Source: Promethearchaeota archaeon
GTDB taxonomy: Archaea; Asgardarchaeota; Hermodarchaeia; Hermodarchaeales; Hermodarchaeaceae
Assembly (NCBI GenBank): GCA_048939245.1
Contig: JBHLPR010000032.1
Location: 1-25,155, forward strand
Direction: 5' to 3'
DNA length: 25,155 nt
Each line of letters opens with the position of its first letter. Position 1 is the stretch's first letter. The notes below the pieces were generated by a model. It was not told the origin of the DNA. It worked only from the letters and a program-made list of their open reading frames with translations, and searched no databases. Position numbers and translations under genes: made by a program. Of this stretch, positions 16,592 through 25,155 are shown piece by piece.

Positions 16592-19500
16592 GGGTTTCCC
16601 TCCAGAACTTCCCTAAGATAGGGGGCTGTTGGTGTATTGGTTGTAGCGATGGCTTCAGGGGTTCCTGTGGCGATGATTTGACCTCCATTAGGACCTCCTA
16701 CTGGGCCAAGCTCAATTAGCCAATCGCATGATGCGAGGATGTAGGGGTGATGTTCTACCACAATCACCGTGTGTCCGCTATCAACTAATTTTTGGAGCAC
16801 TGTGATAAGTTGTGCAATATCTTCCATGTGGAGTCCCACAGAGGGTTCGTCTAAAATATAGAGCGTAGGTTTCTTTGTCTTTTTGAGAAGCTCTTTGGCG
16901 ATTTTCAATCGTTGGACTTCTCCACCGGACAAGGTGTAACTGCGTTGATTCCATACAAGATATCCTAATCCTACTTCCCGAGTTATTTCAAGGGGCTCTG
17001 CTAGGCGTGGTTCATCCTTAAAGAGTTCAGAAACTTCGTTTAAGGTCATCTGGTTGAGTTCAGGCAATGTTACACCATTAACCCGGACTTCCCATGTTTC
17101 AGGGCGATACCCGCTTCCTTTACAGGTTTCACATTCAATCAACTCGTTGGGGAGAAAACCCATATCGATTCGAAGAACCCCACGTCCCTTACAAGCTGAA
17201 CACGGTTTCGTTAATTCTTTTTTCTCTAATCCCAAGGCTTCTGCATCATCACTTTCAACAAAAAGCTTGTACATAGGTGAGAGAAGATTCAAATAACTCG
17301 CGGGGCTTTTTATTCCTCTTCGTGACTGGTCTACCATCAAGGTCCGGTGCGGATTGCCAGATATTGTATCATATTCTCCAGGTTCGAGGGGTTCTCGAGC
17401 AAAGGACGAAGAATGCAATTGCTTGATTAGAGCACGACCAATAGTATCGATTAGTAGGGTGCTTTTCCCCGATCCAGATACTCCACAGACGCCTGTAAAG
17501 GTTCTGAGGGGAAATCGTACTTCTTCTCCTTGCAGGTTGTTTTCACGTGCACCGGTAACAACCATCCATGATTTTGGTGGGCGTCGATTCTGGGAGTCCA
17601 TCCAGGCTAGCAGTCCACGCTGCTTACAAGGCTTGTTACCTCTCTTGGTCTGTAACCATTTGCCGGTTAGTGTTTTTGCCGTGATAAGTTCTGCAGGCGT
17701 GCCTTCAGCGACAACCTTTCCTCCGAAGGCACCTGCCTTTGGTCCTAAATCAATAATGTGGTCTGCTGCCCGAATTAGTTGGAGGTCATGTTCAACCATG
17801 ATGACGGTGTTGCCCTGATTACATATTTCATGTAACGCTTCAAGGAGTGCTTCTAATTCTGAAGGGTGCATTCCTCTTGATGGTTCATCAATGAGAATTG
17901 TCAAGGATGTTAATCCACTACCTAATAGACTTGCGAGCTGAATCCGTTGCGCTTCTCCGGCTGATAATGTGCCGATGGGACGATTCAAATGAAGGTAGCC
18001 GATGCCAACTTGACGTAAAAATCGTAACCGACGACGAATGAGCTCTATACTGGTCTCAACCAACGGGATATCAGCAGGAGGTGCTGGTATTTGGCTGATG
18101 AGGGTCTCCAATTCGGCCAGTGGCATCTCACTCATTTCGTAGATATTCTTATTCTGCAACGTCACAGTGAGAAATTCAGGACGAAGACCTGCTCCTTGAC
18201 ATTCGGGGCAAATGACTTCTTTAGTGTAGGTTCCATGGACATCCCAATTATAGATCCAGCTTTCCTTTTGATAGAATCCCTTCCACGTCCACTTGGTCTG
18301 TCGTTGCTTTCCTTTCAGCTTGCCCGTGGATTTACTAGTATAGGTAAATTTGTAGGTTTTCCCATCGCCATAGAAAAAGACTTCTTGGGCTTTTTTCGAC
18401 ATTTTATTCCAGGGGGTTTTGAACGGATCAAAGCCGTAGCCTTTACCCAACTCGGGAATAATCGGCTGGTCTTTACACAAGTAGGTTTTTGGCCAGTATC
18501 CTGGCGACCACATTGCCCCTGCACATAATGGTTTATCGGGGTTCACAATGAGCTTTTCAGGTTGGGGCAGTCGTAGAATACCTAATCCGTTACATTTCTT
18601 ACACGAACTCAGCCAATGCGAAGAGGAAAAATATTGAGGCTTTGCGATGGGGGCGGTATTAGCACAGTTGGGGCAGACCCATTGGTCTTCACGTTGCATT
18701 TGAGCCTCACATTTCAAACAAGTTCGCTGACCTAGCGCCGCCAGAACGTTTGCTAAATGGAAACTGAGCTCGGTCAGTGTTCCCACGATATTCCGGCGAG
18801 TAAATTGAGGGATATGGCTCCAAAGGTGCGCCCGGTGTGTCGCTACTGTCAATGTTACGCCCAAACCCTTAATCGAATCCACTACCGCCTCGGGTCCCTC
18901 TCGGATGCCCTGGCGTTCAAACATCGACAGAGTCTCTAAATAGCGACGCCGTGCCTCGGTCTGCAAAACATCTTGCACTAAGCTAGATTTCCCTGAACCC
19001 GACACACCCGTAACCACAGTTAAGGTGCCCTTTGGAATATCGACATCGATACCTTTCAAGTTATTAGCTCGAGCATTACGCACTGCAATTACTGAGGTTG
19101 TTGGCGACATTATCTTGGTCGCTTTTCGTGGTTGCACCGCTTCTTCATTTTTTAATGCTCGGCCAGTGAGGGAATGCTTGTTCTCTAATAGGTTGGTTGG
19201 AGGTCCCTCATACAGGACCATTCCACCTCGTGGTCCCGCACCTGGACCAAGATCGATTACCCAATCTGCTGCACGAATCAAATCGGTATTATGCTCCACA
19301 ACAACGATGGTTGCTCCATGGCGTACCAATCGATCCAGTACGATAAGTAATCCATCAAGATCTTGGGGATGAAGTCCCGTTGATGGTTCATCCAACACGA
19401 TAAGCTGGTTGTTCAATCGGTTTCGACCCAAGAACTTGGTCAGTTTGACTCGTTGCGCCTCTCCACCTGACAGGGTTGGTGACGGTTGTCCCAATTCCAA

Positions 19501-21519
19501 ATAGCCTAATCCTACATCATTGAGCGCATCGAGAATCCGTTGCGCGGATTCACGTTTTGTTGAAGAGAGATGACGAGGTGAAGTGAGTTTTTCTCCCACT
19601 TCACTAATCGGCAGCTTGTAGAAATCTGCGATTGATAGTTGTTCACCATCAAATTCCACTTGCTTCGAGAGAACTTCTGGGTTAAACCGTTGTCCTTCAC
19701 ATTCTTCACAAGGAATCCAAATGGATGGGAGGTATTGCATTTTCACCTCTGTGGCCCCGATTCCCTTACAAGCAGAACAAGCGCCTTCGGGGCGATTAAA
19801 GGAGAAATGGGATTTTGTTAATCCTGTGGCTTCCGCAAAGAGGTCACGGATAATATCTGCTAACTTAGTATATGTCGCTGGATTAGACCGTGGATTCCGA
19901 CCGATAGGGCTTTGATCCACCAAGATTGGTTTAATCCAGGGTCCCTCAATGGCATTACAGCCAATTGGTTTCTTCTGTGAAAGTGAAGGGACTAAAACAT
20001 GTTCAACGAAGGTACTTTTGCCTGAACCTGAGACACCAGAAATAACGGTTAATCTGCCAAGAGGAATTTTCGCATCAAGGTGCTTTAGGTTGTGTTGATA
20101 CGCTTTCTTTACCCAAATAAATTCAGCAGGTGCAGGACGTGGCTTGGGTGTCATTACCCTCCTCTGGAGGCTGAAGTATTGGCCAGTCGCAGTATCTGCA
20201 AGCCATAAATTCGCAGGAGAGCCTGTGAAAACAATTTTGCCTCCTTCTTTACCTGCACCTGGGCCCAAATCAATGGCATGATTCGCGGCCGCAGCTGCTA
20301 CCCGTTCATGTTCTACAAAAATCACAGGTCCTGGCAATTCTCGAAAGGCGGGAAGAAGACGAGCAATGTCTGCTGGATGCTGACCAATCGTCGGTTCATC
20401 TAACACATGGAGGATGTCTTCCAATCGGCTGGCTAAGGATATGGAAAGTCTCACTCGTTGAGATTCTCCTCGGGAAAGCGTGGGTGATGCTCGATTCAAC
20501 AATAGATACCCTAGTCCTACACGTTTCAAGGCGTCTAGCCGACGTTGAATCTCGGAGTGCAATCGCTTTGCGGTCGAGGGAAGGGTAACTTGCTTGAATA
20601 ATGCACTACTCTCCTCCACAGAGAGCTCCAAGAGCTCAGGTAAACGGAATCCTTCCCAACGTACCGAAGCTGCTTGGGGATGCATTCCTGTATTGTCACA
20701 GCGTGTACATCCTTTCCCTTTGCAGTAGGGACAGGGTTGATTGAAATGTGTTGGACGTAACTCTCGAAAACCCGCACCACAGACACTGCAAATCTGGGTT
20801 GTAGCTAATGTGGTGCTAGATTCGGGATTTTGAGTACAGAGGGCTCCAGCCCCTAAAGCGGTTGCCTGTTGGGCTAGCTTTCTGATTTGATTTGTCGATG
20901 ACGAGCTATCAATCAGCCCTATTCTGAGCTCAATCGAGTGTGGTTCGCTTGGGGACAAGGTGGCTCCTTCCCATTCCTTCCCATCGACAATAATCTGTGA
21001 GTTGTCAAATTCTTGGCTAAGTGTTGATAGTAAGGTTTGATGGCTACCTTTTACTTTCCGGAGGAGGGGGGCAAATAATTGATGCGGTGCCTGTTTAGCA
21101 AGAGAAGCTAATCGTTCAACAAGGTCATCATCGGTGAATCTACTTAGGGGCTCATTACATTGGAGGCAATAGCGAACACCGTAGTTGGCGAAAAGTAATC
21201 GGAAAAAGGGGTGTAGCCCCGAGGCAGTAGCAAGTGTGGATCTTGGGTTTCGATTTAGCAAGTTTTGCCCGACGGCTATTGTGGGGCCTAAACCTGTTAT
21301 CGTTTCAACATTTGCTGGGGCTAACCGTTGACCGCCCCGACCGTACAAGAAGATTTCTAAAAAGCGTCGATTCGCTTCATGGTATAAGGTATCAAAGACG
21401 AGTGATGTCTTTCCAGACCCAGAAACACCAGTAACTACGGTAAGACCATCACCTAACTGAACATCAATATTTTTGAGATTATGTTCCCTTGCGCCTTTGA
21501 TATGAATGTCCATGGGCAT
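16588..21519 (-). CDS. uvrA: Double-length UvrA-like ABC ATPase (two fused UvrA units, four nucleotide-binding modules)
   Basis: Four Walker A motifs (GVSGSGKTS/KST/KSS/KST), four signatures (LSRGESQR, LSGGEAQR, LSAGEAQR, LSGGEVQR), four Walker B motifs (DEPT/DEPS) and multiple CxxC zinc ligands; begins GAREHNLKNID. Confidence 0.9.
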   Translation of the reverse strand: MPMDIHIKGAREHNLKNIDVQLGDGLTVVTGVSGSGKTSLVFDTLYHEANRRFLEIFLYGRGGQRLAPANVETITGLGPTIAVGQNLLNRNPRSTLATASGLHPFFRLLFANYGVRYCLQCNEPLSRFTDDDLVERLASLAKQAPHQLFAPLLRKVKGSHQTLLSTLSQEFDNSQIIVDGKEWEGATLSPSEPHSIELRIGLIDSSSSTNQIRKLAQQATALGAGALCTQNPESSTTLATTQICSVCGAGFRELRPTHFNQPCPYCKGKGCTRCDNTGMHPQAASVRWEGFRLPELLELSVEESSALFKQVTLPSTAKRLHSEIQRRLDALKRVGLGYLLLNRASPTLSRGESQRVRLSISLASRLEDILHVLDEPTIGQHPADIARLLPAFRELPGPVIFVEHERVAAAAANHAIDLGPGAGKEGGKIVFTGSPANLWLADTATGQYFSLQRRVMTPKPRPAPAEFIWVKKAYQHNLKHLDAKIPLGRLTVISGVSGSGKSTFVEHVLVPSLSQKKPIGCNAIEGPWIKPILVDQSPIGRNPRSNPATYTKLADIIRDLFAEATGLTKSHFSFNRPEGACSACKGIGATEVKMQYLPSIWIPCEECEGQRFNPEVLSKQVEFDGEQLSIADFYKLPISEVGEKLTSPRHLSSTKRESAQRILDALNDVGLGYLELGQPSPTLSGGEAQRVKLTKFLGRNRLNNQLIVLDEPSTGLHPQDLDGLLIVLDRLVRHGATIVVVEHNTDLIRAADWVIDLGPGAGPRGGMVLYEGPPTNLLENKHSLTGRALKNEEAVQPRKATKIMSPTTSVIAVRNARANNLKGIDVDIPKGTLTVVTGVSGSGKSSLVQDVLQTEARRRYLETLSMFERQGIREGPEAVVDSIKGLGVTLTVATHRAHLWSHIPQFTRRNIVGTLTELSFHLANVLAALGQRTCLKCEAQMQREDQWVCPNCANTAPIAKPQYFSSSHWLSSCKKCNGLGILRLPQPEKLIVNPDKPLCAGAMWSPGYWPKTYLCKDQPIIPELGKGYGFDPFKTPWNKMSKKAQEVFFYGDGKTYKFTYTSKSTGKLKGKQRQTKWTWKGFYQKESWIYNWDVHGTYTKEVICPECQGAGLRPEFLTVTLQNKNIYEMSEMPLAELETLISQIPAPPADIPLVETSIELIRRRLRFLRQVGIGYLHLNRPIGTLSAGEAQRIQLASLLGSGLTSLTILIDEPSRGMHPSELEALLEALHEICNQGNTVIMVEHDLQLIRAADHIIDLGPKAGAFGGKVVAEGTPAELITAKTLTGKWLQTKRGNKPCKQRGLLAWMDSQNRRPPKSWMVVTGARENNLQGEEVRFPLRTFTGVCGVSGSGKSTLLIDTIGRALIKQLHSSSFAREPLEPGEYDTISGNPHRTLMVDQSRRGIKSPASYLNLLSPMYKLFVESDDAEALGLEKKELTKPCSACKGRGVLRIDMGFLPNELIECETCKGSGYRPETWEVRVNGVTLPELNQMTLNEVSELFKDEPRLAEPLEITREVGLGYLVWNQRSYTLSGGEVQRLKIAKELLKKTKKPTLYILDEPSVGLHMEDIAQLITVLQKLVDSGHTVIVVEHHPYILASCDWLIELGPVGGPNGGQIIATGTPEAIATTNTPTAPYLREVLEGNP

Positions 21520-21670
21520 TCCCTTATCCTGCGGCTATGACAATTGCTCAGTTTCGAAGTGACATAATAATTACATTAAACGTATAAACCTAGAGAGACC
21601 TTACAAAAAGTAATCGCCAAAAGTATCCAACTCCAAATTAATATCCAACACTCTGAGTGGAAGGAAATAC

Positions 21671-22171
21671 ATGGCTTCATCTGGAAACTCTGAAATTAAG
21701 AAATTATTACTCATGGGCAGTAAAGCCTACGAAAACCGGAAATTACCGAATGAAATAACCCAACGCATCGACTCGGCAATACATCAAGGAATGATTATCA
21801 TCGTGGGAGAAGCGCAAGGGGCCCCACGACTATACCAAGATTACCTCCATGAACAGGGCTATGACAATGTGGTTGTGGGTCACGCACGGAGCCTGCGATA
21901 TAACGCTGGAAACTGGACCGCTATTCAATACGGGGATAACCTCAAAGAACGGGAAAAGAACATGATTGCGGATTGTGATGAAGCCATTGTAATCTGGATG
22001 AACAAGAGTGGTGTTATCGCTCAGAATCTCGAACGGCTTAAAGTTTTAGGGAAACCCACCTTTCTCTATGAATGTTATAGCCACACGCCAGAAGTTCATG
22101 TAGGTCCGTTAGATCCCAACCGTGTCTATGATCAACATCTTTACTGGAAATTTTCAAAACAGAACTCTTAG
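21671..22171 (+). CDS. SLOG-superfamily-like (YspA/DUF2493-related) putative nucleotide-binding protein
   Basis: The pattern LLMGSK...IIVGEAQGA...YL...YDNV...RYNAGNW...REKNMIADCDEAIVIWMNKS...GKP fits the SLOG Rossmannoid layout. Confidence 0.55.
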   Translation: MASSGNSEIKKLLLMGSKAYENRKLPNEITQRIDSAIHQGMIIIVGEAQGAPRLYQDYLHEQGYDNVVVGHARSLRYNAGNWTAIQYGDNLKEREKNMIADCDEAIVIWMNKSGVIAQNLERLKVLGKPTFLYECYSHTPEVHVGPLDPNRVYDQHLYWKFSKQNS

Positions 22172-22295
22172 ACTCAATTAGATTGATTCAGCTCCTCCTT
22201 CTCGTTAAGAGAAACTTAGCCAAAATGCGAATGAGTTACGGCTGAGTCTATACTTTAAATAAGAACTTCGTGACGACGCTTTTGGGGATATCATT

Positions 22296-22742
22296 ATGTC
22301 TGAACATCTCTATATTCCAGTTGACCAACTCGATCCTGGATTCCAACAACTTGTTCCAGAAGGGGCAACCATTCTCTACACAACTCGTGCAGAAGTCTTG
22401 AAACGAGGTATGGGTGCCCACAAAAAATCTGGCTACGTAGTCGTCACTGACCAAGGCATTGCATTCCATGCTGCAAAAACCGGTCTCTTTGATGTATCCT
22501 TTGTTTCCATGGCTGCTGGTGCACTCGCAGGGTTCATCCCTTGGGCGAATATCGACAAATTCGGTAATTACAAGGACAAAATCCAAGTCAAACACACCCT
22601 ACCCGACAATCCAAAGAAGAAGCTAGAATGGTTCTTCAAATGCGAACGATGCAAAGATCACGGCGAAGAGAAGAAAGACTTCGAGGGCCGCAAGAAGGGC
22701 TTCGGTCCTTTCGTTGAAAGTCTCTACAAACAGAACAAATAA
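22296..22742 (+). CDS. Hypothetical protein, possible PH-like fold
   Basis: 148-aa ORF with a protein-like composition; GYVVVTDQGIAFH...IPWANID...C-terminal helix recalls bPH/GRAM domains. Followed by a terminator-like hairpin. Confidence 0.55.
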   Translation: MSEHLYIPVDQLDPGFQQLVPEGATILYTTRAEVLKRGMGAHKKSGYVVVTDQGIAFHAAKTGLFDVSFVSMAAGALAGFIPWANIDKFGNYKDKIQVKHTLPDNPKKKLEWFFKCERCKDHGEEKKDFEGRKKGFGPFVESLYKQNK

Positions 22743-22755
22743 CCACATTCACTCT

Positions 22756-22794
22756 AGAAGGAGGACGCAATCTTCCTTCTCTTATCTATTTTTT
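22756..22794 (+). terminator. Hairpin plus T-tract between convergent genes
   Basis: AGAAGGAGGA-cgcaa-TCTTCCTTCT (10 bp with one G-U), followed by CTTATCTATTTTTT. Confidence 0.55.
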
Positions 22795-22837
22795 ATATGT
22801 TTATTGTGAGCCATTTTCATTAGAAGCATTTTCTCTA

Positions 22838-23281
22838 CTACTTGGGCTTCCGTTTAATCGCAAGAAGCTGCTTCAAATCCTCAAACAGTGACGAATCGGA
22901 TACACGTATCCACAACCACTTCCCATCATGCAACTTCTCTGTGTTCTTGAACACCTTTAAAATGGAAGGCTGGAACTCGGATTGACTGGTCAAGAATTTA
23001 TCAATCTCTTTTTTTCCATATACAATTAAGAAACTGAAACTCTGTTTTTCGGGAAACAGGGACACAATTGTTCGTTTACTCTTCCGATACCGAACAAGCC
23101 ACCCGTATTTGTCTCCATAGTACAAGATTTCTTTTTTGAGCTCATAATTTGTGTCGAGATACTCAACAAGTTGGTTCCATGCCTTTATCGCTTCAGAATC
23201 TGCAATGAAGGATGTAATATCTGATTCCGTTGGTTTTTGTGTTCTATTGAACATTCGTTTTTGAGACTCGTTTTCTGTCAT
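22838..23281 (-). CDS. DUF3788 family protein
   Basis: Motifs YGWLVRYRKSKRTIVSLFP, FLIVYGKKE, HDGKWLWIRV and LLAIKRKP are characteristic of DUF3788. Confidence 0.8.
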   Translation of the reverse strand: MTENESQKRMFNRTQKPTESDITSFIADSEAIKAWNQLVEYLDTNYELKKEILYYGDKYGWLVRYRKSKRTIVSLFPEKQSFSFLIVYGKKEIDKFLTSQSEFQPSILKVFKNTEKLHDGKWLWIRVSDSSLFEDLKQLLAIKRKPK

Positions 23282-23434
23282 AAATTTCCCTTAACACTTC
23301 TGAGTATGGGTATATTGTGGTAACTCACTTTTCACCAGATATTAAAACACACATGGTTGGTGAATATAAATCGCCTATCATTTGGCTTAAGTAATAGGTT
23401 AGGCACCATTCCTATAATTGCTGAAGGTGAGTGA

Positions 23435-24175
23435 ATGCCTGATAACGTTCATGAAACACCAGATCTCTTTGGCTTGCTTCTCAAACGGCAACTCGAATCC
23501 ACAGAACCAATGTATCATTCCATCGAACGGAACGATGGGTATATCGACTGCGCGAATACGCAGAGGTATTTTAGGGAATGGAAAGACTGGTCAACAAACG
23601 AGCAGACTATTCTTGAACACGCTAAATCACCGGTCCTTGATATCGGCTGTGGTGCAGGTCGCCACGCGCTTTATCTCCAAAACCAAGGATTAGATGTCGT
23701 TGGATTAGACTTCTCCGAAGGCGCCGTTTACGTGTGTAAAAAGCGTGGATTGAAAAGAATTATTCTAGGATCTGCATGCGACTTACCTCCATTTAAGCAG
23801 CCGTTTAGCACTTTTTTGCTGCTTTTCAACAATTTCGGTATTTGTGGTGATCCCGCCAATACCATCACGTTACTTCAAAATCTATATCGCATTGGTACAC
23901 CCACTGCTCGAATACTCTTGTCCTATGCCGATGTATCAAGTACAACCAATCCTTTCCACCTTGCCTTTCATAAGCGCAATCTCGCTGAAGGACGCCGCAA
24001 AGGGCAAATTACCATTCGCTTCCGATACCAAGGATACATCGGATCTTGGTTCACCATCTGGCTTCCAACCTATCAGGAATTTCAAGAAACTGTGCAAGAA
24101 ACGGGTTGGAAAATTCAAATAGACCTTGAAGAAGAGGGGCTCCACCACGTCATGCTTACCAAATCGAAATCTTAA
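23435..24175 (+). CDS. Class I SAM-dependent methyltransferase
   Basis: Motif I VLDIGCGAGRHALYLQ, VVGLDFS and LLLFNNFGICG. SD AGGTGA upstream. Confidence 0.9.
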   Translation: MPDNVHETPDLFGLLLKRQLESTEPMYHSIERNDGYIDCANTQRYFREWKDWSTNEQTILEHAKSPVLDIGCGAGRHALYLQNQGLDVVGLDFSEGAVYVCKKRGLKRIILGSACDLPPFKQPFSTFLLLFNNFGICGDPANTITLLQNLYRIGTPTARILLSYADVSSTTNPFHLAFHKRNLAEGRRKGQITIRFRYQGYIGSWFTIWLPTYQEFQETVQETGWKIQIDLEEEGLHHVMLTKSKS

Positions 24176-24200
24176 CTAACTGAAAAGGAGAAACCTGAGA

Positions 24201-25155
24201 ATGGTGGTTATCGAAGAATATTCTCATTTTGGAGCAACAGAAAAAGTAGCCGGTGCTCTACGTAATATCCTAGACCACTACGGTGTTGTTGCTCCCCATA
24301 ACGGAGAGGCATATACTGAAGCCCTGCTTATGGGAATTGGAGGAGGGTTAGGTGCCGAATATGCTACCTGGGCGTTCAAAGGAATAGACCCTTCCCGTCC
24401 ACGAAAAAGCAAACTATATCTCCGGTTTCATCATAACAAGAACTACATCGAGAAAAAAGAAGAGGCATACTTACAAAAACTCGCTAAACGAATTAATGCA
24501 CCATTGACGGTTCACGAGACGACGAATCGTGAACGTGCTGCCAACTTTCTCTCGGAATCAGTCCAAGCAGGAAAACCCGCACTGGTCCAGTTATCCATAT
24601 GGCAGGGACTCCACTCGCGCAAAGCTGTATATGACCGTTACCACGATAATCCAGACTTTTTCCCTCCACTCCTATACGACGAATTCGTCTCGTTTCTCCC
24701 TTACTATTCACTTCCCTACCCATGGATTTCAGGACACCTTGCTACCGTATATGGAATCGAGATAGACAAAGAACGCGTACATATATCGGACTTTAGCAAC
24801 CAACCTCTCACCATCAGCACTCAACAACTAATCGAATCTCGGAATATCATCAAAGGTTGGAAAAACGCAGCATACACCATTGAACCCCCCATTACAAAAC
24901 CAAATTTAGAAAAAGCCATACGCTCTGGAATCAAAGATTGTGTAGATAGTTTACTTCATGAACGAAGTGTCGTCTCTGGTGCTCACATTCGCACTGAAGC
25001 CTGGCAAGCAATAGCAAACAACATCGGTGACTTTAAAAGTAAACGCGGATGGCTCACTCTTTTCAATCAACCCTGGCAGCTTTTCGATACCCTCACACGC
25101 CTCCATGCACAAATCGCCTTCCACAATAGCGATGGCGGTGCTCTCCGTTCCTCCT
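24201..25155 (+). CDS. BtrH N-terminal (papain/C39-like) plus DUF4872-like protein, 3'-truncated; absent from the supplied ORF track
   Basis: Open frame from ATG 24201 (AAGGAG upstream) to the window end: MVVIEEYSHFGATEKVAGALRNILDHYGVVAPHNGEAYTEALLMGIGGGLG...LPYY...GHLATVYGIE...ISD...LEKAIRSGIKDC...DGGALR. Confidence 0.75.
   Translation, partial: MVVIEEYSHFGATEKVAGALRNILDHYGVVAPHNGEAYTEALLMGIGGGLGAEYATWAFKGIDPSRPRKSKLYLRFHHNKNYIEKKEEAYLQKLAKRINAPLTVHETTNRERAANFLSESVQAGKPALVQLSIWQGLHSRKAVYDRYHDNPDFFPPLLYDEFVSFLPYYSLPYPWISGHLATVYGIEIDKERVHISDFSNQPLTISTQQLIESRNIIKGWKNAAYTIEPPITKPNLEKAIRSGIKDCVDSLLHERSVVSGAHIRTEAWQAIANNIGDFKSKRGWLTLFNQPWQLFDTLTRLHAQIAFHNSDGGALRSS

Noticed and set aside
17054-21434. 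Numerous short ORFs antisense to or nested in uvrA (and similar ones at 1237, 1583, 7798, 11991, 13191, 22248, 24493, 24529)
   Set aside because: Shadow ORFs of well-supported genes or AT-rich intergenic sequence, with no recognisable motifs.
3058-22840. Genome-wide amber (TAG) reassignment
   Set aside because: TAG terminates several genes at their natural family ends (3060, 13088, 22838), so it functions as a stop.
1-25155. CRISPR arrays, tRNA/rRNA genes, IS elements, integrases
   Set aside because: No regularly spaced repeats, cloverleaf-like segments, terminal inverted repeats or transposase motifs seen; intergenic gaps are short.

Overview
Gene-dense, moderately AT-rich chromosomal window of an archaeon. 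The archaeal call rests on GGTGA/GAGGTG ribosome-binding sites, a TTTATATA box and a CdhE gene. The large Ig-like membrane-anchored protein and the PAS-only sensor suggest an Asgard lineage (inference). All family assignments come from motifs recognised by eye; no searches were run. Left third (1653-9296, all + strand): a PEP-synthase/dikinase-family enzyme split into a stand-alone phospho-His swivel domain and a stand-alone ATP-grasp domain. These are followed by a 9-PAS protein with no output domain, an uncharacterised 389-aa protein (candidate missing substrate-binding subunit), an AttH/CrtC-like beta-barrel protein and a dual-specificity phosphatase. This is the best candidate for an undescribed system. 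Middle: an HxxxH-type CDF transporter downstream of an orphan cdhE, a YIP1-like membrane protein and a bacterial-type NAD kinase. Right half: a DNA-damage/xenobiotic-defence-like region with an AlkZ-type glycosylase, an amber-interrupted aminoglycoside adenylyltransferase remnant, a prenyltransferase-repeat protein coupled to a double-length asymmetric UvrA, a SLOG-like protein, DUF3788, a SAM methyltransferase and a BtrH-like protein running off the window. No rRNA, tRNA, CRISPR array or transposase was recognised.
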